Positions 29,156 to 38,641 of a stretch of DNA of 64,000 nucleotides are shown in pieces; position 1 is the stretch's first letter; each line of letters starts with the position of its first letter. The notes beneath the pieces are model-generated. The model searched no databases, was not told the origin of the DNA, and saw only the letters and a program-made list of their open reading frames with translations. The stretch is from a virus: the IMG/VR virus record IMGVR_UViG_2643221865_000002; one strand, 5' to 3'. The position numbers were made by a program, and so were the translations under genes.

Positions 29156-29656
29156 TCAGAACAGGTCGACGAACGCCCCGGCGGCCATGATGAGCCCCCG
29201 GTACCGGCGCTGGAACGTCTCCTCGTCCCGGAGTTTCCTCTCCGACGTGGCGAGGTACTGCTCGTCACGAATGACCCAGTCCTCCACTTTCTCCACCCAT
29301 GCTTCGGCTCGGTCGAGTGCGTTGAACCGGTCTGTGATGTTGGTGCGGTCGTTGGCGTACCAGCCGATGAAAACGGATCCGACGGCGGCGACGAGGATGC
29401 CGAGCCCGACGTAGCTGATCGGGAGGACATGCACGAGGATCAGGACGAGTAGTGCGATGAACGCACCGAAGATCGCAACGCCGAGGATCAGCTTCCAGGT
29501 TCCGGGCTTGCCGGGGTTCTCGGCGTATTCGGCTGCGGCGTCGCGTTCGCGGATCGCCGACTTCAGGTTCTGCTGGCTTTTTCGAAGGATCTCCTTGGCG
29601 ATGCCGACTGAATAGTGCAGATTGTCGAGCTTCCGCTGGCTGTACCAGGTGTTCAT
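29156..29656 (-). CDS. 2-TM membrane protein
   Basis: 166 aa with two adjacent TM helices flanked by charged regions. Confidence 0.6.
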   Translation of the reverse strand: MNTWYSQRKLDNLHYSVGIAKEILRKSQQNLKSAIRERDAAAEYAENPGKPGTWKLILGVAIFGAFIALLVLILVHVLPISYVGLGILVAAVGSVFIGWYANDRTNITDRFNALDRAEAWVEKVEDWVIRDEQYLATSERKLRDEETFQRRYRGLIMAAGAFVDLF

Positions 29657-30186
29657 GCGTGTGATCCTGTCGGGTTGGTGAGCGCTGCGATCGACGCTTC
29701 GGACAGGTCACCGTCGGTGATGCGGCGCCGGAACGCTGCCTGGAACTCTGCCTCTGCGACCTCTTCCGCGTGGGCGGCGCTCAGGGCGCGGGCTGCCACC
29801 TCATACTCGGCGTTGAGGGCAGCCACTCGTCCTTCGTAGTGGGTGATGTCATCGGCGATCTTGGGGTGTCGACCGAGATCTCCGATGAGGTCCAGGATGG
29901 CGAGGAGCGCATCGATCAGGAAGATGACGGTGAAGACGATCCCGAGGATGCGACCCAGCTGGCTGAGCCCGCCGAGCATGTCGAAGCCGGCGAGGATGCC
30001 GATGACGCCGAACACCAGCAGGCCGACGACAGAAATCGTTGCTCGGATCACGCGGGGACGCGCGTACCGCCAGGCGGTCATCTGCTGCTGACGACGGAGG
30101 GTGGTCAGGGTCGCCTCCACAGAGTTGACCTGGTAGCCGGTGGTGTTGAGTCGCCTCTGGTGCGACTTGATCAGTTCGGAGTTCAT
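29653..30186 (-). CDS. membrane protein (2-3 TM)
   Basis: ATGA overlap with the downstream gene. Confidence 0.6.
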   Translation of the reverse strand: MNSELIKSHQRRLNTTGYQVNSVEATLTTLRRQQQMTAWRYARPRVIRATISVVGLLVFGVIGILAGFDMLGGLSQLGRILGIVFTVIFLIDALLAILDLIGDLGRHPKIADDITHYEGRVAALNAEYEVAARALSAAHAEEVAEAEFQAAFRRRITDGDLSEASIAALTNPTGSHA

Positions 30187-30200
30187 GCTGTCCTTCCGGG

Positions 30201-30947
30201 TTACGCGGCGGCCGGCTGGGTGACGGCGAGGTTCGACTGGGCCAGCCGGTTCGCGGTGAGGATGCGGCGCATCTCAGCCGCGTCGCTGGTGAGCAGCGTC
30301 TTGAAGTTCGGAGTGAAGAGCCCGACCCCGGCCACGGCGATGACTGCGATGCCTGCTTGGCCGAGCAGTCCGAGGTTTCCACCGGCCTGACTTGCGAAGA
30401 TGGTGCCGCCGACGGCGAACACGGCCGACCCGAACAGCAGGAACGTGTTGCCAGCGATGGTTCGGGTGACGACTTTCGCTTGACGCTTTGCGTGGGCGGC
30501 TTCGTATAGCCAGATGCCGCGGAGGATCTCCATGTCGCCGGATCGGTTCACGTCGGGTGCGAGTTCAGCGAGGGCAGCATCTGCTCTCGCCGCAGCGTCC
30601 TGGTACTCGGCGACGCTGGCGTCGAAATCTCCGCGGTGCCGAGCGTTGACGACCAGGGTGTGGACGCTGCGGATCACAGCGACGATGAGTGCGACGGCGG
30701 CGACGGAGCCGAACAGTAGGACCGCTGTGGCGGCGGCATGTTCCGGTTCGGTGACCTCTCCCCGGCCGCCAGCTGTGACAAGCCACGCCTGAGTGGCGCC
30801 GTACAAGGCGACGAACCCGGCGACGAGAAGGACCGTGAAGGTGGTCTCCCAAGGCCGTGACGCGTAGGTGGCTGCTCGGTTCATGTCTCGCTCTGCGGCT
30901 CTGGCTTCCTTGCGCAGGTCGAGGGCGATTCGGTACTTCTCAATCAT
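30201..30947 (-). CDS. membrane protein (about 5 TM)
   Basis: 248 aa with RBS GGAGA. A degenerate motif copy (TCCGCACAACCACC) lies upstream. Confidence 0.6.
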   Translation of the reverse strand: MIEKYRIALDLRKEARAAERDMNRAATYASRPWETTFTVLLVAGFVALYGATQAWLVTAGGRGEVTEPEHAAATAVLLFGSVAAVALIVAVIRSVHTLVVNARHRGDFDASVAEYQDAAARADAALAELAPDVNRSGDMEILRGIWLYEAAHAKRQAKVVTRTIAGNTFLLFGSAVFAVGGTIFASQAGGNLGLLGQAGIAVIAVAGVGLFTPNFKTLLTSDAAEMRRILTANRLAQSNLAVTQPAAA

Positions 30948-31088
30948 GGTGTCTCCGTATCTCAGGTCAGATGGTGGTTGTGCGGATGTGCTCGTGCAGG
31001 ATCTCGCGGAACTTCAGTTCTTCAGCGGCTTCGTCTTCGGCTCGGGTGCGTGCAGCCTCCGAGGTGCGTCTGAGCCAGCCCAGCAGTG

Positions 31089-31757
31089 TCACGAGCTCAC
31101 AGTGACAGCGGCGTATGACTTGTGCGCTGCCCGGAGCTGGGCGATGACGTCTTCCGACCAGTTGTGCTTCGCGGCGACCTCGTCGAAGTCGGTGTGGCCG
31201 TGGACGATCGCGTACAGGCGGGCGTCGGCGTCGTCGGCGGTCCAGTCCCGGTCGGTGGTGTCGACGACGGTGCTGATGGACCCGATCACCTTGGGGAGCT
31301 GGTTGACGGTCTGGATGAACTGGGCCCGCTCCACTTGACGGGCAAGCGCTCCATCCAGGAGCTCCTGGTACTCCTCGCGGTAGTCAGCCCACCGCGAGGC
31401 GGAATTGTCGCTGTCAGCGGCTTCCCTCTTCCAAGAGAAGAGGTCGTGGACGCGTGAGCACACCACCAGGAAGAAGACGCCTGCGGCGATGGCTGCCAGC
31501 ACCCCGAGAGGTCCCACCCGGTCGCCGAGGTCCTTCGGGACGGAGAACCCGAACCAGAGCAGAGCCGCGGCGAGCAGCGCCAGCCCGACCGCCCAGGTGA
31601 GGGGCTTCCAGATGTGAGCGAACGGGTGCGCAGCCCCGATCCGGCGCCACTCGGCGGCTTCCTTCTCCGCTGCCCTGATCCTGAACTCGCAGGTGGAGAT
31701 CGAGCTGCGGTGCGAGTGGACGTCGCGGTCCACGTTGTCGTTCCAGAGGGAGTTCAA
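31089..31757 (-). CDS. membrane protein (TTG start after RBS GAAGGA)
   Basis: The ORF-track GTG start lies inside the motif. The TTG at 31755-31757, with a 6-nt spacer after the RBS, is preferred. Confidence 0.5.
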   Translation of the reverse strand: MNSLWNDNVDRDVHSHRSSISTCEFRIRAAEKEAAEWRRIGAAHPFAHIWKPLTWAVGLALLAAALLWFGFSVPKDLGDRVGPLGVLAAIAAGVFFLVVCSRVHDLFSWKREAADSDNSASRWADYREEYQELLDGALARQVERAQFIQTVNQLPKVIGSISTVVDTTDRDWTADDADARLYAIVHGHTDFDEVAAKHNWSEDVIAQLRAAHKSYAAVTVSS

Positions 31758-31790
31758 AGCGGTCCTTCGTGTGTGGGAGTGTTCTTCTCC

Positions 31791-31809
31791 CACTCACATG
31801 TGCGGACTG
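31791..31809 (-). promoter_or_regulatory. conserved motif copy preceded by CTAAACC
   Basis: Upstream of 31089..31757. Confidence 0.55.
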
Positions 31810-31851
31810 CTCCGGTTTAGTGCGCCCGGCCAGGCCGACCGCGTTGGAGCG

Positions 31852-32598
31852 TCAGACCTGTTCGATCTTCCCGCCGCGGCTGGCGTGCCACAGTGCGACG
31901 TACCACCAGGAGAGGACCATGAAGATGAGGGTGACGATCGGTACCCATCCGCCTTCGCGGTGCATCGGCATCATGTCGAAGATCAGGGACAGCAGCCCCC
32001 AGATTGCGAGGACGCCGCCGAGGAAGAAGGCGGGAACGGCGAGGATCATCCGGTTGTTGTTCCAGCCGGCGAACGGGACGGCGATGACTCCGATCCAGAC
32101 AATCATCTGGGCGATTGACGAGCCGGCCATCAACGCGTCCCGGGTGGCGTCCTGGACCGGGTTCAGCAGCAGTTGGTAGTAGTACAGTCCGGCGCTGGAC
32201 AGGATGCCGGCGAAGAAGAACGCGGCGGCGATCGTCAGGTCGCGGGCTGACCCGGGTGGGAAGTTCCGCTGCTTCCACGAGGGGCGGGTGGCCGCCGGCA
32301 CCTGCTGCGAGGCCTGAGGTGCAGACTGCGCCGGCTGGTAACTGGGTGCCGAGGTGCGATCCGGGACGGGCTGACCTGTACGAGCTCGGCGGGCGAGACC
32401 GCGGTCGTACACCTTCCGGGCGTCCACGTCCCGCAGGATCGTGTACGCCTCGTTCACCTTCTGGCTCATCGTCGCACCGGCCTCACCGGCGCGGTCCGGG
32501 TGGTAGTGCCGGATCAAGGTGCGGTACGCGTCGACGATCTCACCATCGGTGGCGGTGTCGGCGACGCCCAGCGTCTCGTAATGGGTTGCTGCACTCAT
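31852..32598 (-). CDS. J-domain (DnaJ-like) membrane protein, 4 TM
   Basis: YETLGVADTATDGEIVDAYRTLIRHYHPDRAG...KVNEAYTILRD is a J-domain with an HPD motif. It is followed by four TM helices. Confidence 0.75.
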   Translation of the reverse strand: MSAATHYETLGVADTATDGEIVDAYRTLIRHYHPDRAGEAGATMSQKVNEAYTILRDVDARKVYDRGLARRARTGQPVPDRTSAPSYQPAQSAPQASQQVPAATRPSWKQRNFPPGSARDLTIAAAFFFAGILSSAGLYYYQLLLNPVQDATRDALMAGSSIAQMIVWIGVIAVPFAGWNNNRMILAVPAFFLGGVLAIWGLLSLIFDMMPMHREGGWVPIVTLIFMVLSWWYVALWHASRGGKIEQV

Positions 32599-32647
32599 TA
32601 GGCTTCCTTCCGGTCCGGATTGTTCCGCACTTGCGGGGTGGGCAGGA

Positions 32648-33745
32648 TTAGCGGCCGGCTCGGGCTTCGGTCTTCTTCCAGTCGTTGGCGGTACCGGCTG
32701 CGACCTTCAGGAGCACCTGACCGTCTTCTGCCAAGACGAGGATCTCGTCGGTTGATGCTTTGGCCTCGCCGGGGAAGCGGAATCGATCGCCGGTGGACCA
32801 GTGCTCGACAACGTCGACCTTTCCGAAGTCACGGCACTTCACAACCTTGTAGGGGCCGTAGCCTCCACCGGTGCTGCCGAGGCGGAGTGCGTTTGCGAAC
32901 TCCCAGCTGCCGACAACACGGTGACGAGCAGTGTGGTAGCTGAGAGCTGCCATGCTCACGAGGAACCAGACGACAAGTGCAGCGAACACCAGGTGATACG
33001 CGCCTCCACCGAGACCCCACGCCCCGAACACGCCGGTGAACCAGATAAACCCGTAAACGAGGACGCCGCCGGCGCCGACGAGGACGGCGAACATCTGCAG
33101 ACAGCTGCTCATCCGCGTCCCGACGACGAACGCCATCGGGAGAATGAACACGGAAGACCAGGCGGCGAAGCCGGCGGCGTTGTGCCAGGACTCACCGATC
33201 TCGTCCGCGGGCAGGAGAAGGAAGAGGCCCCACGCGGCTGCGACCCCGGCAACGGCGAGGATGATCGAGATCAGGAGTCCCGGGATCCCGCGGGCAGGAA
33301 GGATGCCAGCGAGCAGCGACGGCTTCGGTCCGGCATCCGGGTAGATGGTGCCGGCACGCTTGACAGCCCACGGGTAGATGGGCTTCTCCGGCTCCGGGGC
33401 CGGCTTCGGCTTCTCCTGCTTCGGTGGCGACTGCTGGTAGTTGGGCTGCTCGTATCGGGGCTGCTCGTACCGCGGCTGCTCACGCTCCTGCTCGCGCTGC
33501 TGCTGCTCGTAACGCTCGTTCTCTTCCGCGATGACGAGCTTCCCGTCGTACTCTCGACGGCGGGCGTCATCTCGCAGGATGTCGTATGCGTGGTTTACCT
33601 TCGCGGCCATCGCTGCGCCGCCGGGGCCGGCGATGTCGGGGTGGTAGATCTTCACCAGTCGTTTGTATGACCTGATGATGTCCTCGGTGGACGCGTCGGC
33701 GGTGACGCCGAGGACGGTGTAGTGGGTCATCGTGTCAGTGGGCAA
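32648..33745 (-). CDS. J-domain membrane protein (HPD motif) with C-terminal small beta-rich domain
   Basis: HYTVLGVTADASTEDIIRSYKRLVKIYHPDIAG. A Q/E-rich linker is followed by TM helices. Start is TTG (MPTDTM) or the ATG 15 nt later. Confidence 0.75.
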   Translation of the reverse strand: MPTDTMTHYTVLGVTADASTEDIIRSYKRLVKIYHPDIAGPGGAAMAAKVNHAYDILRDDARRREYDGKLVIAEENERYEQQQREQEREQPRYEQPRYEQPNYQQSPPKQEKPKPAPEPEKPIYPWAVKRAGTIYPDAGPKPSLLAGILPARGIPGLLISIILAVAGVAAAWGLFLLLPADEIGESWHNAAGFAAWSSVFILPMAFVVGTRMSSCLQMFAVLVGAGGVLVYGFIWFTGVFGAWGLGGGAYHLVFAALVVWFLVSMAALSYHTARHRVVGSWEFANALRLGSTGGGYGPYKVVKCRDFGKVDVVEHWSTGDRFRFPGEAKASTDEILVLAEDGQVLLKVAAGTANDWKKTEARAGR

Positions 33746-33863
33746 AGCGTTCCTCCAGAGCGGTGCGGATCGATACGTTACGGCCGGTTCAGGTCCGGGG
33801 TGATGCGATGGTTCGGCGAGTGTGTCCGTAAGCCCCGGAATGGGGTGGGTCCTGCTTCGTCGT

Positions 33864-33880
33864 CACCTTCATGTGCGGCG
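33864..33880 (-). promoter_or_regulatory. conserved motif copy (CCGCACATGAAGGTGAC)
   Basis: 120 nt upstream of J-domain gene 32648..33745. Confidence 0.5.
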
Positions 33881-33957
33881 CAGCCGAAGAATGTCCCTGA
33901 ACACAGAAAGAGCCGGACGCCTGCGCAATGCAGACATCCGGCTCAGGCCGCCTGTTT

Positions 33958-35646
33958 CTAGCGGGCTTCTGCTTCGTCCTCGGTGACACCAGCAGCGAAG
34001 TCGTAGATCCAGGCGATGTTCTTCGCGTCGAGGTGGCGCATCGCACGGGTGACGGCGACGTACATGAGGCGCGCCTCCTCCGCCTTCAACGGCTTGAACT
34101 CGCCGGTCTCCTTGTCGATCTTCGGGTAGGGGAAGTCAGCGCCGATGCGGACGTGGCGCCACTCGAGCCCCTTCGACACGTGGGCGGTGGAGATGCTGAT
34201 GTCAGCCTGGTCAGCGGGGACGCAGGAGTCGATCGCGGCGATCACGTCGACGGCGCCGACCCGGACGATGGTGTTGATCATCGAGGCCAGGTTGGTGTTC
34301 TCGTCTGCGTCCTCGGAGGCGACGGAGTCGAGGACGTCCTGCCACTTCCGAAACCCGGCGAAGTCGGGGTGGCTGGTCCACCCGTTCTTGTCCAGGTCGA
34401 TCGCAGCCTGGGCGATGGAGCGGAGCTCGGCAGCCTTCTTCTCACCGGCGATGTTGACGTTCAGGCCCTGCTTCAGGAAGAAGAGCACTTCGTTCATCGC
34501 GCCACCGTTTGTGCGACAAATCACGGCATCCGGACGTCGGTCGGAGTGGCGGTCGGTGTGCACGGAGGCGCGCTTGCCCTCGGTTCCGCGAACACGGAGA
34601 TCCGCGCCGAGGGTCTCCAGGAACACGTTGGCGAAGTCGGCGATCTCCTCACCGAAACGGAACGACTGAGTGAGGGCGATCTTCTCCCCCTCGAACCCGT
34701 CGAGGGCGTCGACCGCGCCACGCCATTTGTAGATCGCCTGGTGCCGGTCGCCGACGACGATGACCTGTGCACCCTTCTGGGCGAGGACGACGCTGGTGGT
34801 GACAGGGTCGGAGTCCTGCGCCTCGTCGTACATGATGTAGTCGAACGGCAGCTGCGGCTTGGACAGCGCCCACATCTTCAGGTAGTGGGAGTGGGTGACG
34901 GGGAGCACACCGCTGGCCATGCGAACCTCGGCGTACGGGTCGGCGGGGATCTCGAACCCGTTCTCGTCGTACTCGACGACGACACCGCCGCCGTCGACGA
35001 CCAGCAGGTCCTGCCAGTAGATCTTCGCCCAGCGGACGACCTCGTCGATCAGCTGCTGGGTGGCGTTGTCCTCGACCTCCTCGGCATTGGCGAGCTGGAC
35101 GACGTCGTTGCCGATGATCGCCTTCGCCTTGTCGGACACCGAGAACAGGAATCGGGCGGGCAGCTGAACGTGCTGACGGCCGATCTCCTCATCCGCTGTG
35201 GTGCAGAACCGGTTGACGGTGTCGATAACGATCTTCATGGCAGAGTTCGCGGCGACCTTGTGGACCATCTTGTAGCCGGGGATGTCGATGCGGTCCATCT
35301 CCAGCGCCTTGGCGCTGTCGGTGGCGTTGAGTCGCTTGTCCAGGCGTCCTCGGCGGGGTGCGCCGTGGGTGGCGTAGGCGAGCGAGTGAGCGGTGCGGGC
35401 GTCCACGTTGGTGCCCTTGAACTTCTCCGCTGCTTCCAGTGCGATCGCGCGGTTGAACGCCAGGTAGAGGCCGCGACGCTCGGGGCGTCGGCGGGCGATC
35501 ATCTGCAGGGTGGTGGTCTTGCCTGTGCCTGCGAGGGCGATGATGACGAAGTTCTCGTTCGTGTCGGCCAGGTCCAGAGCGATCTGCTGCTCGGGGGTGG
35601 GCTGACGCTCTCCGGTGAGAAGCGGCGCGGGTGCGGTGATGGTCAT
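33958..35646 (-). CDS. UvrD/Rep/PcrA-like superfamily I DNA helicase
   Basis: Walker A LAGTGKTT, motif II IMYDEAQD, motif III VGDRHQAIYKWRGA, motif V STAHVSKGLEW and motif VI VAVTRA. The ATG is 8 nt after a motif copy; the ORF-track GTG start lies inside the motif. Confidence 0.8.
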   Translation of the reverse strand: MTITAPAPLLTGERQPTPEQQIALDLADTNENFVIIALAGTGKTTTLQMIARRRPERRGLYLAFNRAIALEAAEKFKGTNVDARTAHSLAYATHGAPRRGRLDKRLNATDSAKALEMDRIDIPGYKMVHKVAANSAMKIVIDTVNRFCTTADEEIGRQHVQLPARFLFSVSDKAKAIIGNDVVQLANAEEVEDNATQQLIDEVVRWAKIYWQDLLVVDGGGVVVEYDENGFEIPADPYAEVRMASGVLPVTHSHYLKMWALSKPQLPFDYIMYDEAQDSDPVTTSVVLAQKGAQVIVVGDRHQAIYKWRGAVDALDGFEGEKIALTQSFRFGEEIADFANVFLETLGADLRVRGTEGKRASVHTDRHSDRRPDAVICRTNGGAMNEVLFFLKQGLNVNIAGEKKAAELRSIAQAAIDLDKNGWTSHPDFAGFRKWQDVLDSVASEDADENTNLASMINTIVRVGAVDVIAAIDSCVPADQADISISTAHVSKGLEWRHVRIGADFPYPKIDKETGEFKPLKAEEARLMYVAVTRAMRHLDAKNIAWIYDFAAGVTEDEAEAR

Positions 35647-35650
35647 AAAC

Positions 35651-35664
35651 ACCACATGTGCGGA
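35651..35664 (-). promoter_or_regulatory. conserved motif copy, N8 before helicase ATG, preceded by CGAAACC
   Basis: Sequence match. Confidence 0.55.
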
Positions 35665-35683
35665 TCGCTCGGGTTTCGCGGCC

Positions 35684-36682
35684 TCAGCGTGCTCGGAAAA
35701 GATCCTTCAGTTCCGACCAGGTGACCGTCGCTGTCGCTGGGACAGAGGAGAGCACTTTCCCGAACTTGTTCAGCAGCACCCACATTCCGGGTTCCACCTT
35801 GGCCATGATCATCTTCAGGTTGAAGCGAGCGCCGTTCTCGGGATGCTCGGCGAGCCAGTAGTCGCCGCCGGCGTGTTCGAGAACCTTCCACGGCCCGGTC
35901 CCGTCCCGAACACCTTCGAACATCAGCCGTTCCAGCTTCTGAGCGTCGGTGGCTCGGGCCCGGTACAGCGACCATCGCCACCCGAACAGGTACCCGGCTG
36001 CGAGGAGGGCCCCTTCCACGGGGATGACCCAGGCGGCGCTGCTCAGGTAGAACGCTCCGAACAGCAGGGACAGCGGGACTGTGACCCAGGCGACGACGTA
36101 GATGGCCAGCGCAGCGTACCGGGTGATGAGGCCGAGCCATCCGCGTCCGGCCAGAAGGATCGCCGGCGCCCCGAACACCCACATGTAGCAAGCCCAGGCG
36201 GTTGCGGAGATGTACGCGTCCCGACGGAAGTCAAGGTCGGTGTCGACGGCGGATTCGTACCAGCGGAAACCCCATGCGAAGATGCCGGCCACGGCGACGA
36301 AGGCGACTGCTGCGAGGAAGTACTTCCCGGATCCGGGCGGGACCAGGCGGACGCGAAGCGGGAGCCGCCGCCAGGTGCCGGTCATGTCCGGGCGCGGCGC
36401 CGGCGCCGCAGGTTGGGGTGCCTGTTCCGGGCGTGGTTCAGGCGCGGCGCTCGTGGTGCTGGATGCGGGACCCTGCACACGGTCACGGTCGTAGAGACGT
36501 CTGGTGTCGGGGTCGCGAAGCACCGCGTACGCTTCGTTGAGCTTCTGGGACATCGAAGCGCCCGTCGTGCCGGCGCGGTCGGGGTGGTAGTGCCGGATCA
36601 GGGACCGGTACGCCTTCCCGATTGTGTCGTCGTCGGCGTCCTCGGGGATCCCGAGGAGTTCGTAGTGTGTGGTTGCGCTCAT
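35684..36682 (-). CDS. J-domain membrane protein (HPD motif), multi-TM, C-terminal small domain
   Basis: HYELLGIPEDADDDTIGKAYRSLIRHYHPDRAG. Confidence 0.75.
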   Translation of the reverse strand: MSATTHYELLGIPEDADDDTIGKAYRSLIRHYHPDRAGTTGASMSQKLNEAYAVLRDPDTRRLYDRDRVQGPASSTTSAAPEPRPEQAPQPAAPAPRPDMTGTWRRLPLRVRLVPPGSGKYFLAAVAFVAVAGIFAWGFRWYESAVDTDLDFRRDAYISATAWACYMWVFGAPAILLAGRGWLGLITRYAALAIYVVAWVTVPLSLLFGAFYLSSAAWVIPVEGALLAAGYLFGWRWSLYRARATDAQKLERLMFEGVRDGTGPWKVLEHAGGDYWLAEHPENGARFNLKMIMAKVEPGMWVLLNKFGKVLSSVPATATVTWSELKDLFRAR

Positions 36683-36694
36683 CCGGAGGAAACC

Positions 36695-37819
36695 TTATCT
36701 CGCGGGCGTGTCCTCTGCAGAATCCCGGCGTTTCCGGGTGCCTGCATTCTCTTCACGTCGGCGGTTGTTCACCCATGCTGTGGAGCTGCGGCCGGGTGCG
36801 GTCGCGACGATCACTGCTTCGCTGTTCAGCACCACCCACGTGTTCCTTTGAGCTCTCCCCCACGTGTCGATGCTGAACTCGCGGCCGTCGGTGGATTGCA
36901 CCAACGCGGAGGTTCCGTCGATCGCTGTGACGAGGAACGGCCCTCCGTTTTCTGCTGCGGCAGCGGAGGCTTTCAGCAGCTCCCATCGGTGCACCAGACC
37001 GCGGTCGGTCGAGAGGGCCCTCCACGATCTGATGCCAGCGCCGGCGAGGAACCATCCGGCGACCGCGGCGATGGTGGCAGCCGCGGCGGAGGGGGAGACG
37101 ACGTCGATCACCCCGACCAGTGAGAGGACGGCGCCGGCGACAGGCGCGAGTTGGGCGAGGGCTGCCCACAGCTTCAACCGCCGTTGTGCGGCGCCGATGA
37201 TTCCGATGATCGCAGCGAGCACGACCAAGGTGGTGTCATCCGGTGCGGGGAGGGTCGCAACGAACACGGATGAGCCGAGAATGACGGTTGCTGCTCCCGC
37301 GAGCACGTATCCCCTGTTCGCCCATCCGGCTGGGAAGAGTCGCTGGGTGCGGGTCGGAGGTTCAGGCATCTGAGGTGCCGCAGGTTCTGCTGCGACCGGT
37401 CGGTGCAGTGGGATGGGGGCCCACGCCGGCTGGGCTGGGCCTGTCAGCTGGGGTTCAGCGGCGGCCGGCTGACGCGACAGAGGGATCGTCGACCATGGCG
37501 ACGAAGGGCGTGGGGTTGTCTCGGCTGCGGCGTCGGTTCGATCCAACCGCCATTCCGGTGCGACCTTCACAGCGGGCGCGTGATTCGCCGGCGGTTCGAC
37601 CGACTCGACAGGCGCAGCGTTCGCCTGTGCGGGGAGGATCTTCGAGTCGTAGTCGTGGCGGCGTTCTGAGTTGCTGAGGACGTCGTAAGCGAACTCGACC
37701 ATGCGGGCATGCTCGTCTTCGCGGAACCCGCCCTGGCGCAGCAGGTCGCGCGCAGCGGTCAGGTCCGCGGCGGTGGCGTCACGGTGGACGCCGAGGATGT
37801 CGTACAGGGTCTCAGCCAT
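36695..37819 (-). CDS. degenerate J-like domain membrane protein (HPD lost)
   Basis: The N-terminus LYDILGVHRDATAADLTAARDLLRQ is J-like but lacks HPD. It has a Pro/Ala-rich linker, 4 TM and a C-terminal domain. RBS GAAAGG. Confidence 0.6.
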   Translation of the reverse strand: MAETLYDILGVHRDATAADLTAARDLLRQGGFREDEHARMVEFAYDVLSNSERRHDYDSKILPAQANAAPVESVEPPANHAPAVKVAPEWRLDRTDAAAETTPRPSSPWSTIPLSRQPAAAEPQLTGPAQPAWAPIPLHRPVAAEPAAPQMPEPPTRTQRLFPAGWANRGYVLAGAATVILGSSVFVATLPAPDDTTLVVLAAIIGIIGAAQRRLKLWAALAQLAPVAGAVLSLVGVIDVVSPSAAAATIAAVAGWFLAGAGIRSWRALSTDRGLVHRWELLKASAAAAENGGPFLVTAIDGTSALVQSTDGREFSIDTWGRAQRNTWVVLNSEAVIVATAPGRSSTAWVNNRRREENAGTRKRRDSAEDTPAR

Positions 37820-37846
37820 CAGAGCCTTTCAGCTATCGGTGCTGGG

Positions 37847-38503
37847 TCACGCGTTCGTGAAGTAGGTCCCTGTGACGGCGATGTCAGCCTCGGCGACCAC
37901 GTCGGCGACGTCAGCGACGCTGAGGATCACCTCAGCGAAAGCCAGGTGACCTGCTCCGGTGCGGCGGCCGGGGACGAGACGCGGTGCGGGCTGCCGCACT
38001 GCAGAGGAGTCCTCCTTCAGCTCGGTCAGCGACAGTCCACTCACCGGGCTGTACAGCAGGGCTGCGTACGCTTCAGCGTTGCTGTGGGCGAGCATGACAG
38101 CGTCGGCTCGGGCGACGCCGAGCGCGGCAGCAGCCACCACTGCGGAAGCGTGCGGAGTCAGGGTTGCCTCGACGACGGTGACGTCGTCCGAGTCGAACAC
38201 CCCGTTCTCCTCCAGCCAGCGCACGGCGGCTTCGATGTCAGCGGTCTCCACGTTCAGGGTGACGTCAGCGGTCCAAGTGCGGCCGAACTCCTCACGGAAC
38301 TTCGGGTCGGACAGCACCGGAGCGCGAACCAGCGAAGGCACGGACAGGGCGTCGTCGGTGAGGGAGTCGATGAAACCTCCCAGCTCCGCCTCGAGCTCCA
38401 GCTCGGACGGGCGCCCCGGGAAGCTCAGCCCGATCTGCAACGTCCACCGGTCGGCGTCGACGGTTGTGCGAGCGGAAGCGGAAACGATGATGTTGGTGCT
38501 CAT
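37847..38503 (-). CDS. hypothetical protein (possibly SIMPL/DUF541-like)
   Basis: Internal ATG 38501-38503 with RBS GGAGAA. The ORF-track N-terminal 48 aa are junk. Confidence 0.5.
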   Translation of the reverse strand: MSTNIIVSASARTTVDADRWTLQIGLSFPGRPSELELEAELGGFIDSLTDDALSVPSLVRAPVLSDPKFREEFGRTWTADVTLNVETADIEAAVRWLEENGVFDSDDVTVVEATLTPHASAVVAAAALGVARADAVMLAHSNAEAYAALLYSPVSGLSLTELKEDSSAVRQPAPRLVPGRRTGAGHLAFAEVILSVADVADVVAEADIAVTGTYFTNA

Positions 38504-38565
38504 GGGGTGGTTCTCCAAGATGGGGTTCTGCGGCTGGCAGCGTCTGCTGAGCCCGGACCCTGGAA

Positions 38566-38580
38566 GGACATGTGGCGAAG
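38566..38580 (-). promoter_or_regulatory. conserved motif copy (class 2)
   Basis: Upstream of 37847..38503. Confidence 0.5.
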
Positions 38581-38623
38581 CGCGGCCGGGCCGCGACCCC
38601 GGAACTGTGCAGAAGCGCCGACA

Positions 38624-38640
38624 TCCGCGCATGGAGGAGG
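38624..38640 (+). promoter_or_regulatory. conserved motif copy in plus orientation, N8 (=GGAGGAGG) before ATG 38642
   Basis: Sequence match. Confidence 0.55.
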
Positions 38641-38641
38641 T

